DNA of 64,000 nt, from NCBI GenBank assembly GCA_963767005.1, contig CAVYCN010000006.1, positions 160,001 to 224,000 on the forward strand, given 5' to 3'. Each line of letters opens with the position of its first letter. The first letter of the stretch is position 1. The translations under genes were made by a program, and so were the position numbers. The notes under the pieces were generated by a model. That model had not been told where the DNA came from and did not search any database. It saw only the letters and a program-made list of their open reading frames with translations. Below, in pieces: positions 11,571-21,040 of this stretch. The DNA comes from an uncultured Actinomycetes bacterium. Its GTDB lineage: Bacteria; Actinomycetota; Thermoleophilia; UBA2241.

Positions 11571-14500
11571 TTACCTGCCCACGCGCACGCAGCTCTCGCC
11601 GAGCAGGCTCTTGAGCTCGGCGTACAGGCCGCTCACCGGCTCGACCCGGTACCTGTTCCCCACCTTCAGGCGGTGCCGGCCCTGGGCCGTGGTCAACTGC
11701 AGCACCACCGGCACCTCGCCGGGGAAGGCGCCGAGGATCGACTTGAGCTCGTCGAGCAGCTCCATCTGCACCATCTCGGCGTTCAGCACGAGGGTGAGCG
11801 GCCGCGTCGCCGAGACACCGTCGAAGGGGCGGAGCTCGAGCGCGATCAGCTTGACGTCGTCTTCGCTCTTGCGGTCGAGGCGGCCGCGCACCAGCACGAT
11901 CGCGTCTTCGACGAGCAGGTCCTGGTACTGCTCGCAGATGCTGCCGAAGGCCACGACCTCGATGCCGCCGTCGACGTCGTCCAGGCGGAACACCGCCATG
12001 GTCGAGCCGCTGCGCGTCTGGCGCCGGGTGAGGCCCGACACGACCCCGCCGGTCCACACCGTCTGGCCGTCGCGCAGGTCGGCGAGCTGGCTCACCGTGG
12101 CGTCGATCTGGTCGCGGAGCTGGGCCCGCATGCCCTGCAGCGGGTGCGACGACACGTAGAGCCCGAGCGCCTCTTTTTCGAAGCGCAGCAGGACGTCGGC
12201 GTCGAACTCATCGGCGCCGATCGGCGGATGGTCGTTGGCGTCGCCGCCGTCGCCGCCGCCGTCGCCGGCCAGCACGTCGAACAGGCCGCCCTGGCCCTGG
12301 GCGCGGTCGCGGCGGCGGCGCTCGCCCCAGGCGACCGCCGCCGGCAGCGCCTCGAGCATGCCGCGCCGGGTGTCGCCGGTCGAGTCGAAGGCGCCGCTCT
12401 TGATGAGCGCCTCGAGCGTGCGCCGGTTGACGAGGGCCGAGTCGACGCGCGCGCAGAAGTCGTAGATCGAGCCGAACGGACCGTCGCCGCGCGCCGCGAT
12501 GATCGACTCGATGGCGCCGACCCCCACGCCCTTCACGGCGTTCAGGCCGAAGCGGATCTTGCCGCCCACCACGGTGAAGCCGACCTCGCTCTCGTTGACG
12601 CAAGGCGGTAGCACCTCGATGCCCATCTCGTGGCACTGGTTCACGTAGAACGGCACCTTGTCCTTGGTGTTCATGACGCTCGACACGACGGCCGCCATGT
12701 ACTCGACCGGGTAGTTGGCCTTGAGGAACGCGGTGCGGTAGCTGATGAGGGCGTAGCAGGCGGCGTGGCTCTTGTTGAACGAGTAGTCGCCGGTCGCCTC
12801 GAAGTTGCTCCACAGCTTGTTGCAGACGTTCTGCGGCAGGCCGTGCGCCCGCAGGCCCTCCATGAGCGGCTCGCGCAGCGTGGCCATGAGCTTCTTGTTC
12901 TTCTTGCTGATCGCCTTGCGCAGGTCATCGGCCTGAGCCGGCGAGAAGCCGCCCACCCGGCGCGCGATCGCCATGTACTGCTCCTGGTAGATCGTCACGC
13001 CGTAGGTGGACTCGAGGATCGGCCTCAGGGCCTCGTGGTCGTAGACGATGCCGCCGGGATCGTGCTTGTTGCGGGCGTAGGTCGGGATGTACTGCATGGG
13101 CCCCGGCCGGTAGAGGGCGACGATGGCGACGAGGTCGTCGAACTGTGTGGGGCCGATCTCGCGCAGGGCCTCTTTCATGCCGCTGCTCTCGAACTGGAAC
13201 GTGCCGGTCGAATCGCCGCGGGCCAGCATCTCGTAGGTCCTGGCGTCGTCGAGCGGCAACGTCGTCATGTCGATGCAGACACCCTGGCTGTGTTCGATCA
13301 GCTCGAGGGCGGCCTCGATGATGTCGAGGTTGCGCAGTCCCAGGAAGTCCATCTTGAGCAGGCCGAGCGAGGCGACGTCGTCCATGCCGAACTGCGTGAC
13401 GACCTCGGCGTCGCCCTTCTGCTGGAGCGGGATATACTCGGTGAGCGGCTCGTCGGAGATGACGACACCGGCGGCGTGGATCGAGTCGTTGCGGATGAGG
13501 CCCTCGAGCGCCATCGCGAGGTCGACCACCTGGCGGGTCTGCTCGTCGGAGTCGTAGGCGGTCTTGAGCTCGCTGCCGGCCACCATGGCCTGCTTGAAGG
13601 TCGCCGGCGGCGCCTGCTCGGGGATCATCTTGGCGATGCGGTCGCCGATGGCGTAGGGCAGGCCGAGCACGCGCGCCGCGTCACGCGTGGCGGCGCGCGC
13701 CGCGAGCGTGCCGAACGTGATGATCTGGGCCACGTGGTCGCGGCCGTACTTGCGCGCCACGTACTCGATCACCTCGTTGCGCCGCTCGACCGAGAAGTCC
13801 ATGTCGATGTCGGGCATCGACTTGCGACCCGGGTTCAGGAAGCGCTCGAACAGCAGGTCGAACTTGAGCGGGTCGATGTCGGTGATGCCGAGCGCGTACG
13901 ACACGAGGCTGCCGGCCGCCGAGCCGCGCCCCGGACCCACCGCGATGCCGGAGTCCTTGGCGAACTTGACGAAGTCCCAGACGATCAGGAAGTAGGCGGA
14001 AAAGCCCATCTCGCGGATCGTCGAGAGCTCGAACTCGAGGCGCTCGCGCACCTCGGGTGAGTCGGCGGCCGTGCCGTAGCGGTGGCGCACGCCCGCTTCG
14101 CACAGGCGGCGCAGCTCGTCGTCTTCGGAGTGCCCGCCGTCGACCGGGTAGCGCGGCAGCAGCAGGCGGCCGAACTCGATCTCCAGGTCGCAGCGCTCGG
14201 CGATCTCGAGGGTGCTGTCGCAGGCCTCGGGGTAGTCGGCGAAGAGCTCACGCATCTCGTCGGCGGTCTTGAGATAGAACTCCTGGGTCGACATGCGCGG
14301 CGCCTGGCGCGGCTCGTCCAACTGGCACTGCGTCTGGATGCAGACGAGGGCGTCCTGGGCGCGGGCGTCTTCGTGGCGCAGGTAGTGGACGTCGTTGGTG
14401 GCCACCGTCTTCAGCCCCGCCTGGCGGGCCAGCAGGGCCAGGCGCGGCACGAGCTCGCGCTGCTCGGCGATGCCCTCGTCCTGGAGCTCGACGTAGACGT

Positions 14501-15005
14501 TGTCGCGGCCGAACAGGCCGGTGAGGCGCTCGACCTCGGCCAGGGCCTCGGCGTCGTTGCCCTCGCGTAGCAGCATCGAGGCGCGGCCGCTCATGCAGCC
14601 GGTCAGGCAGATCAGGCCCTCGCCCCAGCGCTCGAGCAGCTCCCAGTCGGCGCGCGGCTTGTAGTAGTAGCCCTCGAGGTAGGCGGCGGTGCCGATCTTG
14701 ATGAGGTTGCTGTAGCCCCGGGCGTTGCGCGCCAGCATGGTGAGGTGGGCGTAGCGCTCCTTCATGCCGGCGCGCCCGTGGCGGTCGTTCACCACGTAGA
14801 GCTCAAGGCCGACGATCGGCTTGACGCCCGTCTCGCGGGCGGCCTTGTAGAACTGCACGGCGCCCGACAGCGAGCCGTGGTCGGTGAGCGCGACCGCGGG
14901 CATGCCGAGCTCTTTCACGCGCTCGACGAGCGGCCGCACGCGGCAGGCGCCGTCGAGGAGTGAGTACTCGCTGTGAACGTGGAGGTGGACGAAGTTCTGA
15001 TCCAT
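11571..15005 (-). CDS. dnaE: DNA polymerase III alpha subunit
   Basis: FVHLHVHSEYSLLDG PHP domain, GPGRGSAAGS, MPDIDMDF, FNKSHA, C-terminal OB fold; 1144 aa. Confidence 0.98.
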   Translation of the reverse strand: MDQNFVHLHVHSEYSLLDGACRVRPLVERVKELGMPAVALTDHGSLSGAVQFYKAARETGVKPIVGLELYVVNDRHGRAGMKERYAHLTMLARNARGYSNLIKIGTAAYLEGYYYKPRADWELLERWGEGLICLTGCMSGRASMLLREGNDAEALAEVERLTGLFGRDNVYVELQDEGIAEQRELVPRLALLARQAGLKTVATNDVHYLRHEDARAQDALVCIQTQCQLDEPRQAPRMSTQEFYLKTADEMRELFADYPEACDSTLEIAERCDLEIEFGRLLLPRYPVDGGHSEDDELRRLCEAGVRHRYGTAADSPEVRERLEFELSTIREMGFSAYFLIVWDFVKFAKDSGIAVGPGRGSAAGSLVSYALGITDIDPLKFDLLFERFLNPGRKSMPDIDMDFSVERRNEVIEYVARKYGRDHVAQIITFGTLAARAATRDAARVLGLPYAIGDRIAKMIPEQAPPATFKQAMVAGSELKTAYDSDEQTRQVVDLAMALEGLIRNDSIHAAGVVISDEPLTEYIPLQQKGDAEVVTQFGMDDVASLGLLKMDFLGLRNLDIIEAALELIEHSQGVCIDMTTLPLDDARTYEMLARGDSTGTFQFESSGMKEALREIGPTQFDDLVAIVALYRPGPMQYIPTYARNKHDPGGIVYDHEALRPILESTYGVTIYQEQYMAIARRVGGFSPAQADDLRKAISKKNKKLMATLREPLMEGLRAHGLPQNVCNKLWSNFEATGDYSFNKSHAACYALISYRTAFLKANYPVEYMAAVVSSVMNTKDKVPFYVNQCHEMGIEVLPPCVNESEVGFTVVGGKIRFGLNAVKGVGVGAIESIIAARGDGPFGSIYDFCARVDSALVNRRTLEALIKSGAFDSTGDTRRGMLEALPAAVAWGERRRRDRAQGQGGLFDVLAGDGGGDGGDANDHPPIGADEFDADVLLRFEKEALGLYVSSHPLQGMRAQLRDQIDATVSQLADLRDGQTVWTGGVVSGLTRRQTRSGSTMAVFRLDDVDGGIEVVAFGSICEQYQDLLVEDAIVLVRGRLDRKSEDDVKLIALELRPFDGVSATRPLTLVLNAEMVQMELLDELKSILGAFPGEVPVVLQLTTAQGRHRLKVGNRYRVEPVSGLYAELKSLLGESCVRVGR

Positions 15006-15205
15006 CGTGGCCGCCTGATTCTACCCGGCGGCGGCGGTGGTGGTCTATGTCGGCGGTCGCCGGCGCGGCCGGACGAGAGCGCTTTCGTCAGTCGTTGACC
15101 GGGCCGAGCGAGGACATCGCCCAGAGGAAGACGGGCCAGAGAATCACCACGAGCACGCAGGCGACCACCGTTGGGAGCTCTCTTCGCCGAAGGTCGGCCT
15201 GCCCC

Positions 15206-15640
15206 TCACGCGCCGGCCTTCGCGTCGGCGCGACGCCGCCGCCGGGCGAGGACGACGCTGATCCATCCAGGACCGATCAGGTAGAGTCCCGCGTACCCCG
15301 CCCACTCGATCGGCGTCGACCAGCGCTCGTTCGCGAATGCGCCGAGGATGACCCAGACGAGCGGGACCGCAACGAAGAGCTCGCACGTAACGCGGATCCA
15401 CGTCAGCACTCCCGTCCTGTGGCGGAGCACGGCGATCATCGCGTCGAGGTACGCAACCGCGACCACCGTCCCCGCGACAGTTTCCGCGGTCGCCACGAAC
15501 AGGCTGAGGAGATCATCGGGCGCGGTGCTCCAATCGTGGAGGCCCACCCGCACGAAAGCCAGGCCTGCAATCCCCACGAGCAGCGCCGGCGAGACGAGCC
15601 AAGTCGCCGGGTCGCGCACCCGAGCCCTGAGGTCGATCAC
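15206..15640 (-). CDS. Hypothetical membrane protein
   Basis: 144-aa ORF with about 4 hydrophobic segments, GGAGG upstream of the GTG. Confidence 0.6.
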   Translation of the reverse strand: MIDLRARVRDPATWLVSPALLVGIAGLAFVRVGLHDWSTAPDDLLSLFVATAETVAGTVVAVAYLDAMIAVLRHRTGVLTWIRVTCELFVAVPLVWVILGAFANERWSTPIEWAGYAGLYLIGPGWISVVLARRRRRADAKAGA

Positions 15641-15805
15641 CCGCTCCTCCGGTCAAGGTGAACCGCAACGCGTGGGGCACGTCCCATTCGTCGGCGGCGC
15701 ACGTGGTTGAGCCCATACGAACATAGTGCGCGAATGTTAGCTGCGGATGAGCGGTTGTTCCGATGCGAGCGCAGGTTCGTTCGCTCAGCGGACGGAGGAT
15801 AATGA

Positions 15806-15844
15806 TGGTTGTCACTTGACAACCAGCGCTCCTCTGCCGATAGT
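15806..15844 (+). promoter_or_regulatory. Sigma70-type promoter with palindromic operator over the -35
   Basis: TTGACA (15816-15821)-N17-GATAGT (15839-15844); inverted repeat TGGTTGTCA-CT-TGACAACCA (15806-15825). Confidence 0.75.
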
Positions 15845-15866
15845 CAGAGAGAGAGGAGCAGGACAA

Positions 15867-16130
15867 ACGCGAAGGCGGCATCCCAGTGCACCGATCGAAG
15901 AGGCGCTCAGATACGCAGAGGAGCACGGCTGGCGCGTGGAGCCGGGCCGTCCGCGAGCGCACGCCTGGGGCAAGATGTTCTGTCCTCACAACGACCCCGA
16001 ATGCCGCTGCCGGGAGTTCTGCATCACGTCCATCTGGGGCACGCCGAAGAGCCCCGAGAGCCACGCCCGGCAGATCGGACGGGTCGTCGACGGCTGCACC
16101 GGACGAGCGGCGTTCGACGATGAGGAGTAG
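15867..16130 (+). CDS. HicA-like small protein (putative toxin), apparent ACG start
   Basis: HP..IEEALRYAEEHGWRV...HAWGKMFCP...CRC..FC.TSIWGTP; GAGGAG SD 8 nt before ACG; no in-frame ATG/GTG near the SD. Confidence 0.65.
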   Translation, partial: TRRRHPSAPIEEALRYAEEHGWRVEPGRPRAHAWGKMFCPHNDPECRCREFCITSIWGTPKSPESHARQIGRVVDGCTGRAAFDDEE

Positions 16131-16133
16131 GCC

Positions 16134-16661
16134 GTGAAGGAATACGAGTTCAGCCTGAAGTTCGCGCTCGACCCCGGGCACGTCGACATTGACGATTCGC
16201 TCGAGCTGCTCGCGCGCTGCGGCTGCGACGACACGATCGCCGGCATCGGCCAGAAGGGACGGCTGGCATTGAGCTTCCTGCGCGAGGCCGACTCACCCGA
16301 GCGCGCGGTCCTCAGCGGACTCACCGACGCCCGGTGCGCCCTCCCCCACGCCGAGCTCATCGAGGCTGCTCCGGACTTCGTGGGGCTCACCGACGTCGCC
16401 GATCTCCTGAACGTGTCCCGGCAGAACGTGCGCAAGCTGCTCTTCGGCGCCGATGCCCTGCCGCCGAAGCCGATCCACGAGGGCAGGCCGACCATCTGGC
16501 ATCTGGCGAAGGTGCTGAAATGGCTGCGGCACGAGAAGCACTACCCGGTCGACGACGACCTTCTGGCGCTGGCCGAGACGACCATGCAGGTGAACCTCGT
16601 GGTCACGCAGCGAGACGTCGACGCGGCCTCCCAGAGGGAGATCCTGGCGCGCCTCGCGTAG
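16134..16661 (+). CDS. HTH DNA-binding protein (putative antitoxin; HicB-like N-terminus plus AlpA-type HTH)
   Basis: DFVGLTDVADLLNVSRQNVRKL HTH, PxPIHEG...IWHLAKVLKWL; 3 nt after the upstream ORF. Confidence 0.75.
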   Translation: MKEYEFSLKFALDPGHVDIDDSLELLARCGCDDTIAGIGQKGRLALSFLREADSPERAVLSGLTDARCALPHAELIEAAPDFVGLTDVADLLNVSRQNVRKLLFGADALPPKPIHEGRPTIWHLAKVLKWLRHEKHYPVDDDLLALAETTMQVNLVVTQRDVDAASQREILARLA

Positions 16662-16676
16662 CGACGACCGACGGGC

Positions 16677-17600
16677 CTACAGCGCTGTCTCGGCCTCGGC
16701 GCGCCCGAACACCGCTACCAGCAGGCCGGCGGCCATGATGAGCGCGCCGCCGAGCGCAGTGACCAGACCGACGCCCTGTCCGAGCAGCACCCAGGCGAAC
16801 ACCGGCGCCACGGCAGGCGTGAGAAAGCCGAGGATCGAGCTGTGCTGCACGCGGATGCGGGCCACGCCGTCGACCCACATGGCGTAGGCCAGGGCCGTGC
16901 AGAACAGGCCGAGGATGAGGGCGGCCGCCAGGTTGCGCCCGTCGAAGATCACGCCGGCTCCGATCCCCTGCCAGAGCGCAAAGGGCAGCACGAACAGGGC
17001 GTCGAGCGTGCACTCGCACGAGACGATCGTCGTGCTCGACACCTGCTCGGTGAGGCGCTTGACGATGAGCTGGAAGAACGCATAGCACCAGCCGCCGGCA
17101 AGGCCGGCCGCCAGGCCCAGAGCCGAGACGATCACACCGCCGCCGAGCAGCGTCGGCCCAAGGATGACCAGCAGGCCGGCCAGCGCCACCCCCAGCGCCG
17201 CGACCACGACCTTCTCGGTGGGCGTGCGCAGAAAGCGCGGCGCGAGCAGGGCGACCCAGACCGGCTGGATGAAGAGCAGGAACGTGGCGATCGCCACGCC
17301 GGTCGTGCGGATCGCGAAGAAGTAGCACAGCAGCGCGCCCGAGTCGAAGACGCTCATGAGGACCAGCCACGGCCACAGGTCACGGCGCGCCACGGCGCGC
17401 AGCGACGCGCGCCGCACGAAGAGCAGGTCGAGGGCCAGGGCAGCCACGGCGAGGCGCATGAAGAGCAGCACGGCGCTCGGCGCGGTCGCCCAGCTCACCA
17501 GGCTGCCGCTCACCCCGACGATGACGAACGAGGCCGCCACGAGCGCGTAGCCGAGCGGGTCGCGGGCGACCGCCGTGGTCGAGATCTCGGTCTGTGCCAC
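16677..17600 (-). CDS. EamA/DMT family transporter
   Basis: About 10 TM helices, LFIQPVWVALLA, GLFCTALAY, duplicated EamA architecture. Confidence 0.88.
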   Translation of the reverse strand: MAQTEISTTAVARDPLGYALVAASFVIVGVSGSLVSWATAPSAVLLFMRLAVAALALDLLFVRRASLRAVARRDLWPWLVLMSVFDSGALLCYFFAIRTTGVAIATFLLFIQPVWVALLAPRFLRTPTEKVVVAALGVALAGLLVILGPTLLGGGVIVSALGLAAGLAGGWCYAFFQLIVKRLTEQVSSTTIVSCECTLDALFVLPFALWQGIGAGVIFDGRNLAAALILGLFCTALAYAMWVDGVARIRVQHSSILGFLTPAVAPVFAWVLLGQGVGLVTALGGALIMAAGLLVAVFGRAEAETAL

Positions 17601-17658
17601 GTACTCCTTCTCGCTTCGGGCGGGCCGCCCCGAGGGTGACGACGACCTCCCTCAGGCC

Positions 17659-18441
17659 TCAGCCGCCGGCGACGACCGGGTTCGCCAGCTCCCCCACGCC
17701 CTCGACCGCCACGCTCACGATCTGACCGGCCGCGAGCGGCCCGACCCCGGGCGGCGTGCCGGTCATGAGGCAGTCGCCGGGCTCGAGCGTCATGATGCCC
17801 GACACGAAGACGAGCAGGTCGAGCGGCGAGACGATCATGTCGCCCACCCTCCCCCGCTGCACGACGTGGCCGTCGAGGGCCGCCGTGACCGCGGCCGCGG
17901 CCGGCGGCGCGTCGCGCACCGCCCAGGGACCGAGCGGGCAGAAGGTGTCGAAGCTCTTGGCGCGGGTCCACTGGCCGTCGACCTTCTGCAGGTCGCGCGC
18001 CGTGACGTCGTTGCCGCAGGTGTAGCCGGCGACGGCGTCGGCGGCGGCCGCCGCCGTGAGTGAGCGGCTGCGCCGCCCGACGATCAGCACGAGCTCGGCC
18101 TCGTAGTCGACCTGGGCCGAGGCCGGCGGCATCACGATCGGCTCGCCGGGACCGATCACCGCCGTCGCCGGCTTCACGAAGATGATGGGTTCGGCCTTGG
18201 TCTCCATGGCGAGCTCGGCGGCGTGGGCGCGGTAGTTGAGGCCGACGGCGACGACCTTGGCGGGCGCGACCGGCGCCAGCCTGCACAGGCCGGCGAGCGG
18301 CACGACGGCCTGCTCGACGGCGCCGGGCTCGTAGGCCGGCCGGTCGAGCAGGCGGGCGTCCTCGCCGTCGACCACGCAGTGGCGCGGCACGCCGTCGACC
18401 AGCACGCGGCCGAAGGGCAGCCGGTCGAGGCCGCCGCTCAT
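17659..18441 (-). CDS. Fumarylacetoacetate hydrolase family protein
   Basis: VGLNY, DYEAEL, GYTCGNDVTARDLQ, WTRAKSFDTFCPLGP, TGTP. Confidence 0.93.
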   Translation of the reverse strand: MSGGLDRLPFGRVLVDGVPRHCVVDGEDARLLDRPAYEPGAVEQAVVPLAGLCRLAPVAPAKVVAVGLNYRAHAAELAMETKAEPIIFVKPATAVIGPGEPIVMPPASAQVDYEAELVLIVGRRSRSLTAAAAADAVAGYTCGNDVTARDLQKVDGQWTRAKSFDTFCPLGPWAVRDAPPAAAAVTAALDGHVVQRGRVGDMIVSPLDLLVFVSGIMTLEPGDCLMTGTPPGVGPLAAGQIVSVAVEGVGELANPVVAGG

Positions 18442-20066
18442 CGGCCCGGCTCGCCGGCCGGCTGCACGGGCGCTTGGCCGGCGCCGTGCCCGCCCGCGCC
18501 GGCCGCGCCGTGCAGCATGCCGTACTCGATCGAGTCGACGAGGGCCAGCCAGCTCGCCTCGATGATGTTCTCGGACACGCCGATGCTGCCCCAGGTGCGC
18601 TCGCCGTCGCTGGCGTCGAGCAGCACGCGGGTGATGGCGCCGGTGCCCTTGTCCTCGTCTAGGATGCGCACCTTGTAGTTGACGAGGTCGATCTCGCCGA
18701 GGTGCGGGTACTTGCGCACGATCGCCAGGCGCAGGGCGTTGTCGAGGGCGTTCACCGGGCCGTTGCCCTCGCCGGTGGCGACGACGCGCTCGCCGCCGGC
18801 GTGCACCTTGACCGTGGCCTCGGTGGCCACGCGGCCGTCCTCGCGCTTCTCGACGATCACGCGGAAGCTCTCGAGGCGGAACAGCGGGCGCCGGCCGCCG
18901 AGCTCGTCGTGCAGGAACAGGTCGAACGAGGCGTCGGCCGCCTCGTAGTGGTAGCCCTCGTGCTCCTTCTGCTTCAAGTGCCGCAACGCGCTTCCGACAC
19001 GCTCGTCGTCGGGGTCGAGCGCAAAGCCGAGCTCGCGCGCCTTGCGCAGCACGGCGCCCTTGCCCGACAGCTCCGAGATGAGCACGCGCTGCTCGTTGCC
19101 GACGCGCGCCGGGTCGATGTGCTCGAAGGTCTGCGGCATGGCCTCGACCGCGGCGACGTGCAGGCCGCCCTTGTGGGCGAAGGCGCTGCGCCCCACGTAG
19201 GGCTGGTGGGCCGAGGGCGAGAGGTTGACGACCTCGGCCACGAAGTTGGCCGTCTCGGTGAGCCGCTCGAGCTGCTCGTCGCTCACCACCGGCAGGCCCA
19301 TCTTGAGCACGAGCCCGGGGATGATCGAGGTGAGGTTGGCGTTGCCGCAGCGCTCGCCGTAGCCGTTCATCGTGCCCTGCACCTGCACGGCGCCGGCGGC
19401 TACGGCCACGAGCGAGTTGGCGACGGCGCAGTCGGCGTCGTTGTGGCAGTGCACTCCGAGCGGCGCGTCCAGGTCGCCGGCGACCTCGGTCACGACGCGC
19501 TGCAGCGTGGGCGGCAGGGTGGCGCCGCTCGTGTCGCACAGGCAGAGCAGCTCGGCGCCCGCCTCGTAGGCGGCGCGCAGCGTGCGCAACGCGTAAGCGG
19601 CGTCGTCGGCCCAGCCGTCGAAGAAGTGCTCGGCGTCGAAGATGACGCGTTTTCCCTGCGCCACGAGAAAACCGACCGAGTCGGCGATCATGCGCAGGTT
19701 CTCGTCGCGGCTCACGCGCAGCACGGCGCGCAGATGCAGGCCCCAGGTCTTGCCGACGATCGTCACGACCGGCGTGGCGGCGTCGGCCAGCACGCGCAGG
19801 CCGGGGTCGGCGTCGGCCCGCGCCCCTTTGCGTCGCGTGGTGCCGAAGGCGGCGAGCACGGCGTGGCGCAGGCGCTCGCGCTCCATGCGCTCGAAGAACT
19901 CCGTCTCCTTGGGGTTCGAGGCTGGGAAACCGCCCTCGATGAAGTGCAGGCCGAGCTCGTCGAGCCGCAGGGCGATGCGCACCTTCTCGTCGACCGAGAC
20001 CGACAGGCCCTCCTGCTGCAGCCCGTCGCGCAGCGTGGTGTCGTAGATCGTGACGGCGCCGGCCAC
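18438..20066 (-). CDS. cimA: Citramalate synthase
   Basis: YDTTLRDGLQ, FDAEHFFDG, HCHND, GERCGNANL, AHKGGLH; regulatory C-terminus GNGPVNALD. Confidence 0.92.
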   Translation of the reverse strand: MAGAVTIYDTTLRDGLQQEGLSVSVDEKVRIALRLDELGLHFIEGGFPASNPKETEFFERMERERLRHAVLAAFGTTRRKGARADADPGLRVLADAATPVVTIVGKTWGLHLRAVLRVSRDENLRMIADSVGFLVAQGKRVIFDAEHFFDGWADDAAYALRTLRAAYEAGAELLCLCDTSGATLPPTLQRVVTEVAGDLDAPLGVHCHNDADCAVANSLVAVAAGAVQVQGTMNGYGERCGNANLTSIIPGLVLKMGLPVVSDEQLERLTETANFVAEVVNLSPSAHQPYVGRSAFAHKGGLHVAAVEAMPQTFEHIDPARVGNEQRVLISELSGKGAVLRKARELGFALDPDDERVGSALRHLKQKEHEGYHYEAADASFDLFLHDELGGRRPLFRLESFRVIVEKREDGRVATEATVKVHAGGERVVATGEGNGPVNALDNALRLAIVRKYPHLGEIDLVNYKVRILDEDKGTGAITRVLLDASDGERTWGSIGVSENIIEASWLALVDSIEYGMLHGAAGAGGHGAGQAPVQPAGEPGR

Positions 20067-20095
20067 GGCGGGCCTCCTCTTCCCTGCTTCTTCGC

Positions 20096-21028
20096 CTAGG
20101 CCTTGACGGCCTCGTCGACGTACTCGAGGAAGTGACCGAACGCGGCGCTGCGGCCGGCCACGATCTCGTGGAAGACGCGCTGGATCTCGCGGGTGATGGG
20201 GCCCGGCTCACCGATCGGATGGTCGTCGATCTCGCGGATCGGCACGATCTCGGCGGCGGTGCCGCTGAAGAAGGCCTCGTCGGCGAACACCAGGTCGGCG
20301 CGGCTGAAGTCGCGCTCGAGCACCTCGTGACCGAGCGACGCCGCGATGCGGATGACGGTATCGCGCGTGATGCCCTCGAGCACGCCCGAGACGAGCGGCG
20401 GCGTGTAGATGTGACCGCCGCGCACCATGAAGACGTTCTCGCCGGTGCCCTGGGCGACGTAGCCGGCGTAGTTCAGCATGATCGCCTCTTCGTAGCCGCC
20501 CTTCACGACCTCGATCTTGGCGAGCTGGCTGTTCAGGTACTGGCCGCACGACTTGGCCGCCGGCGAGATCGCGTTGTGGTCGAGGCTCTTGATCGACGAG
20601 ACCTTGACGCGCACGCCGTGGGCGACGCCCTCGTCGCCCAGGTAGGTGCCCCACGGCCAGACCGCGATCGACGCCTCGATCGGCGCGCCCAGCGGGTAGA
20701 GACCCATCTCGCCGTAGCCGCGGAACACGAGCGGCCTGATGTAGCAGTGCTCGAGGCCGTTGGCGTGGATCAGCTCCTTGGTGGCCTGGGCGAGCTCGGA
20801 CACGCTGTAGGGCAGCTCCATGTAGTAGAGCTTGGCCGAACGGCCGAGGCGCTCGAGGTGGTCAGTCAGGCGAAAGACCGCGGGGCCACGCTCGGTCTTG
20901 TAGGCGCGGATGCCCTCGAAGACCCCGGAGCCGTAGTGCAGCGCGTGGCTGAGCACGTGGACCTTGGCGTCGCCCCAGTCCACGAGCTCGCCGTTCATCC
21001 AGATCTTGTCGACTGCGGGGATGGGCAT
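20096..21028 (-). CDS. ilvE: Branched-chain amino acid aminotransferase
   Basis: HALHYGSGVFEGIRAY, YIRP, LEGITR, GTAAEIVP. Confidence 0.95.
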   Translation of the reverse strand: MPIPAVDKIWMNGELVDWGDAKVHVLSHALHYGSGVFEGIRAYKTERGPAVFRLTDHLERLGRSAKLYYMELPYSVSELAQATKELIHANGLEHCYIRPLVFRGYGEMGLYPLGAPIEASIAVWPWGTYLGDEGVAHGVRVKVSSIKSLDHNAISPAAKSCGQYLNSQLAKIEVVKGGYEEAIMLNYAGYVAQGTGENVFMVRGGHIYTPPLVSGVLEGITRDTVIRIAASLGHEVLERDFSRADLVFADEAFFSGTAAEIVPIREIDDHPIGEPGPITREIQRVFHEIVAGRSAAFGHFLEYVDEAVKA

Positions 21029-21040
21029 GTACTCCTCCTT

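Noticed and set aside
15650-15800. Possible attC site or LexA box (CGAACATA..., GTTAGCT) upstream of the TA-like pair
   Set aside because: No complete CGAAC-N4-GTTCG and no paired attC boxes; no integrase nearby
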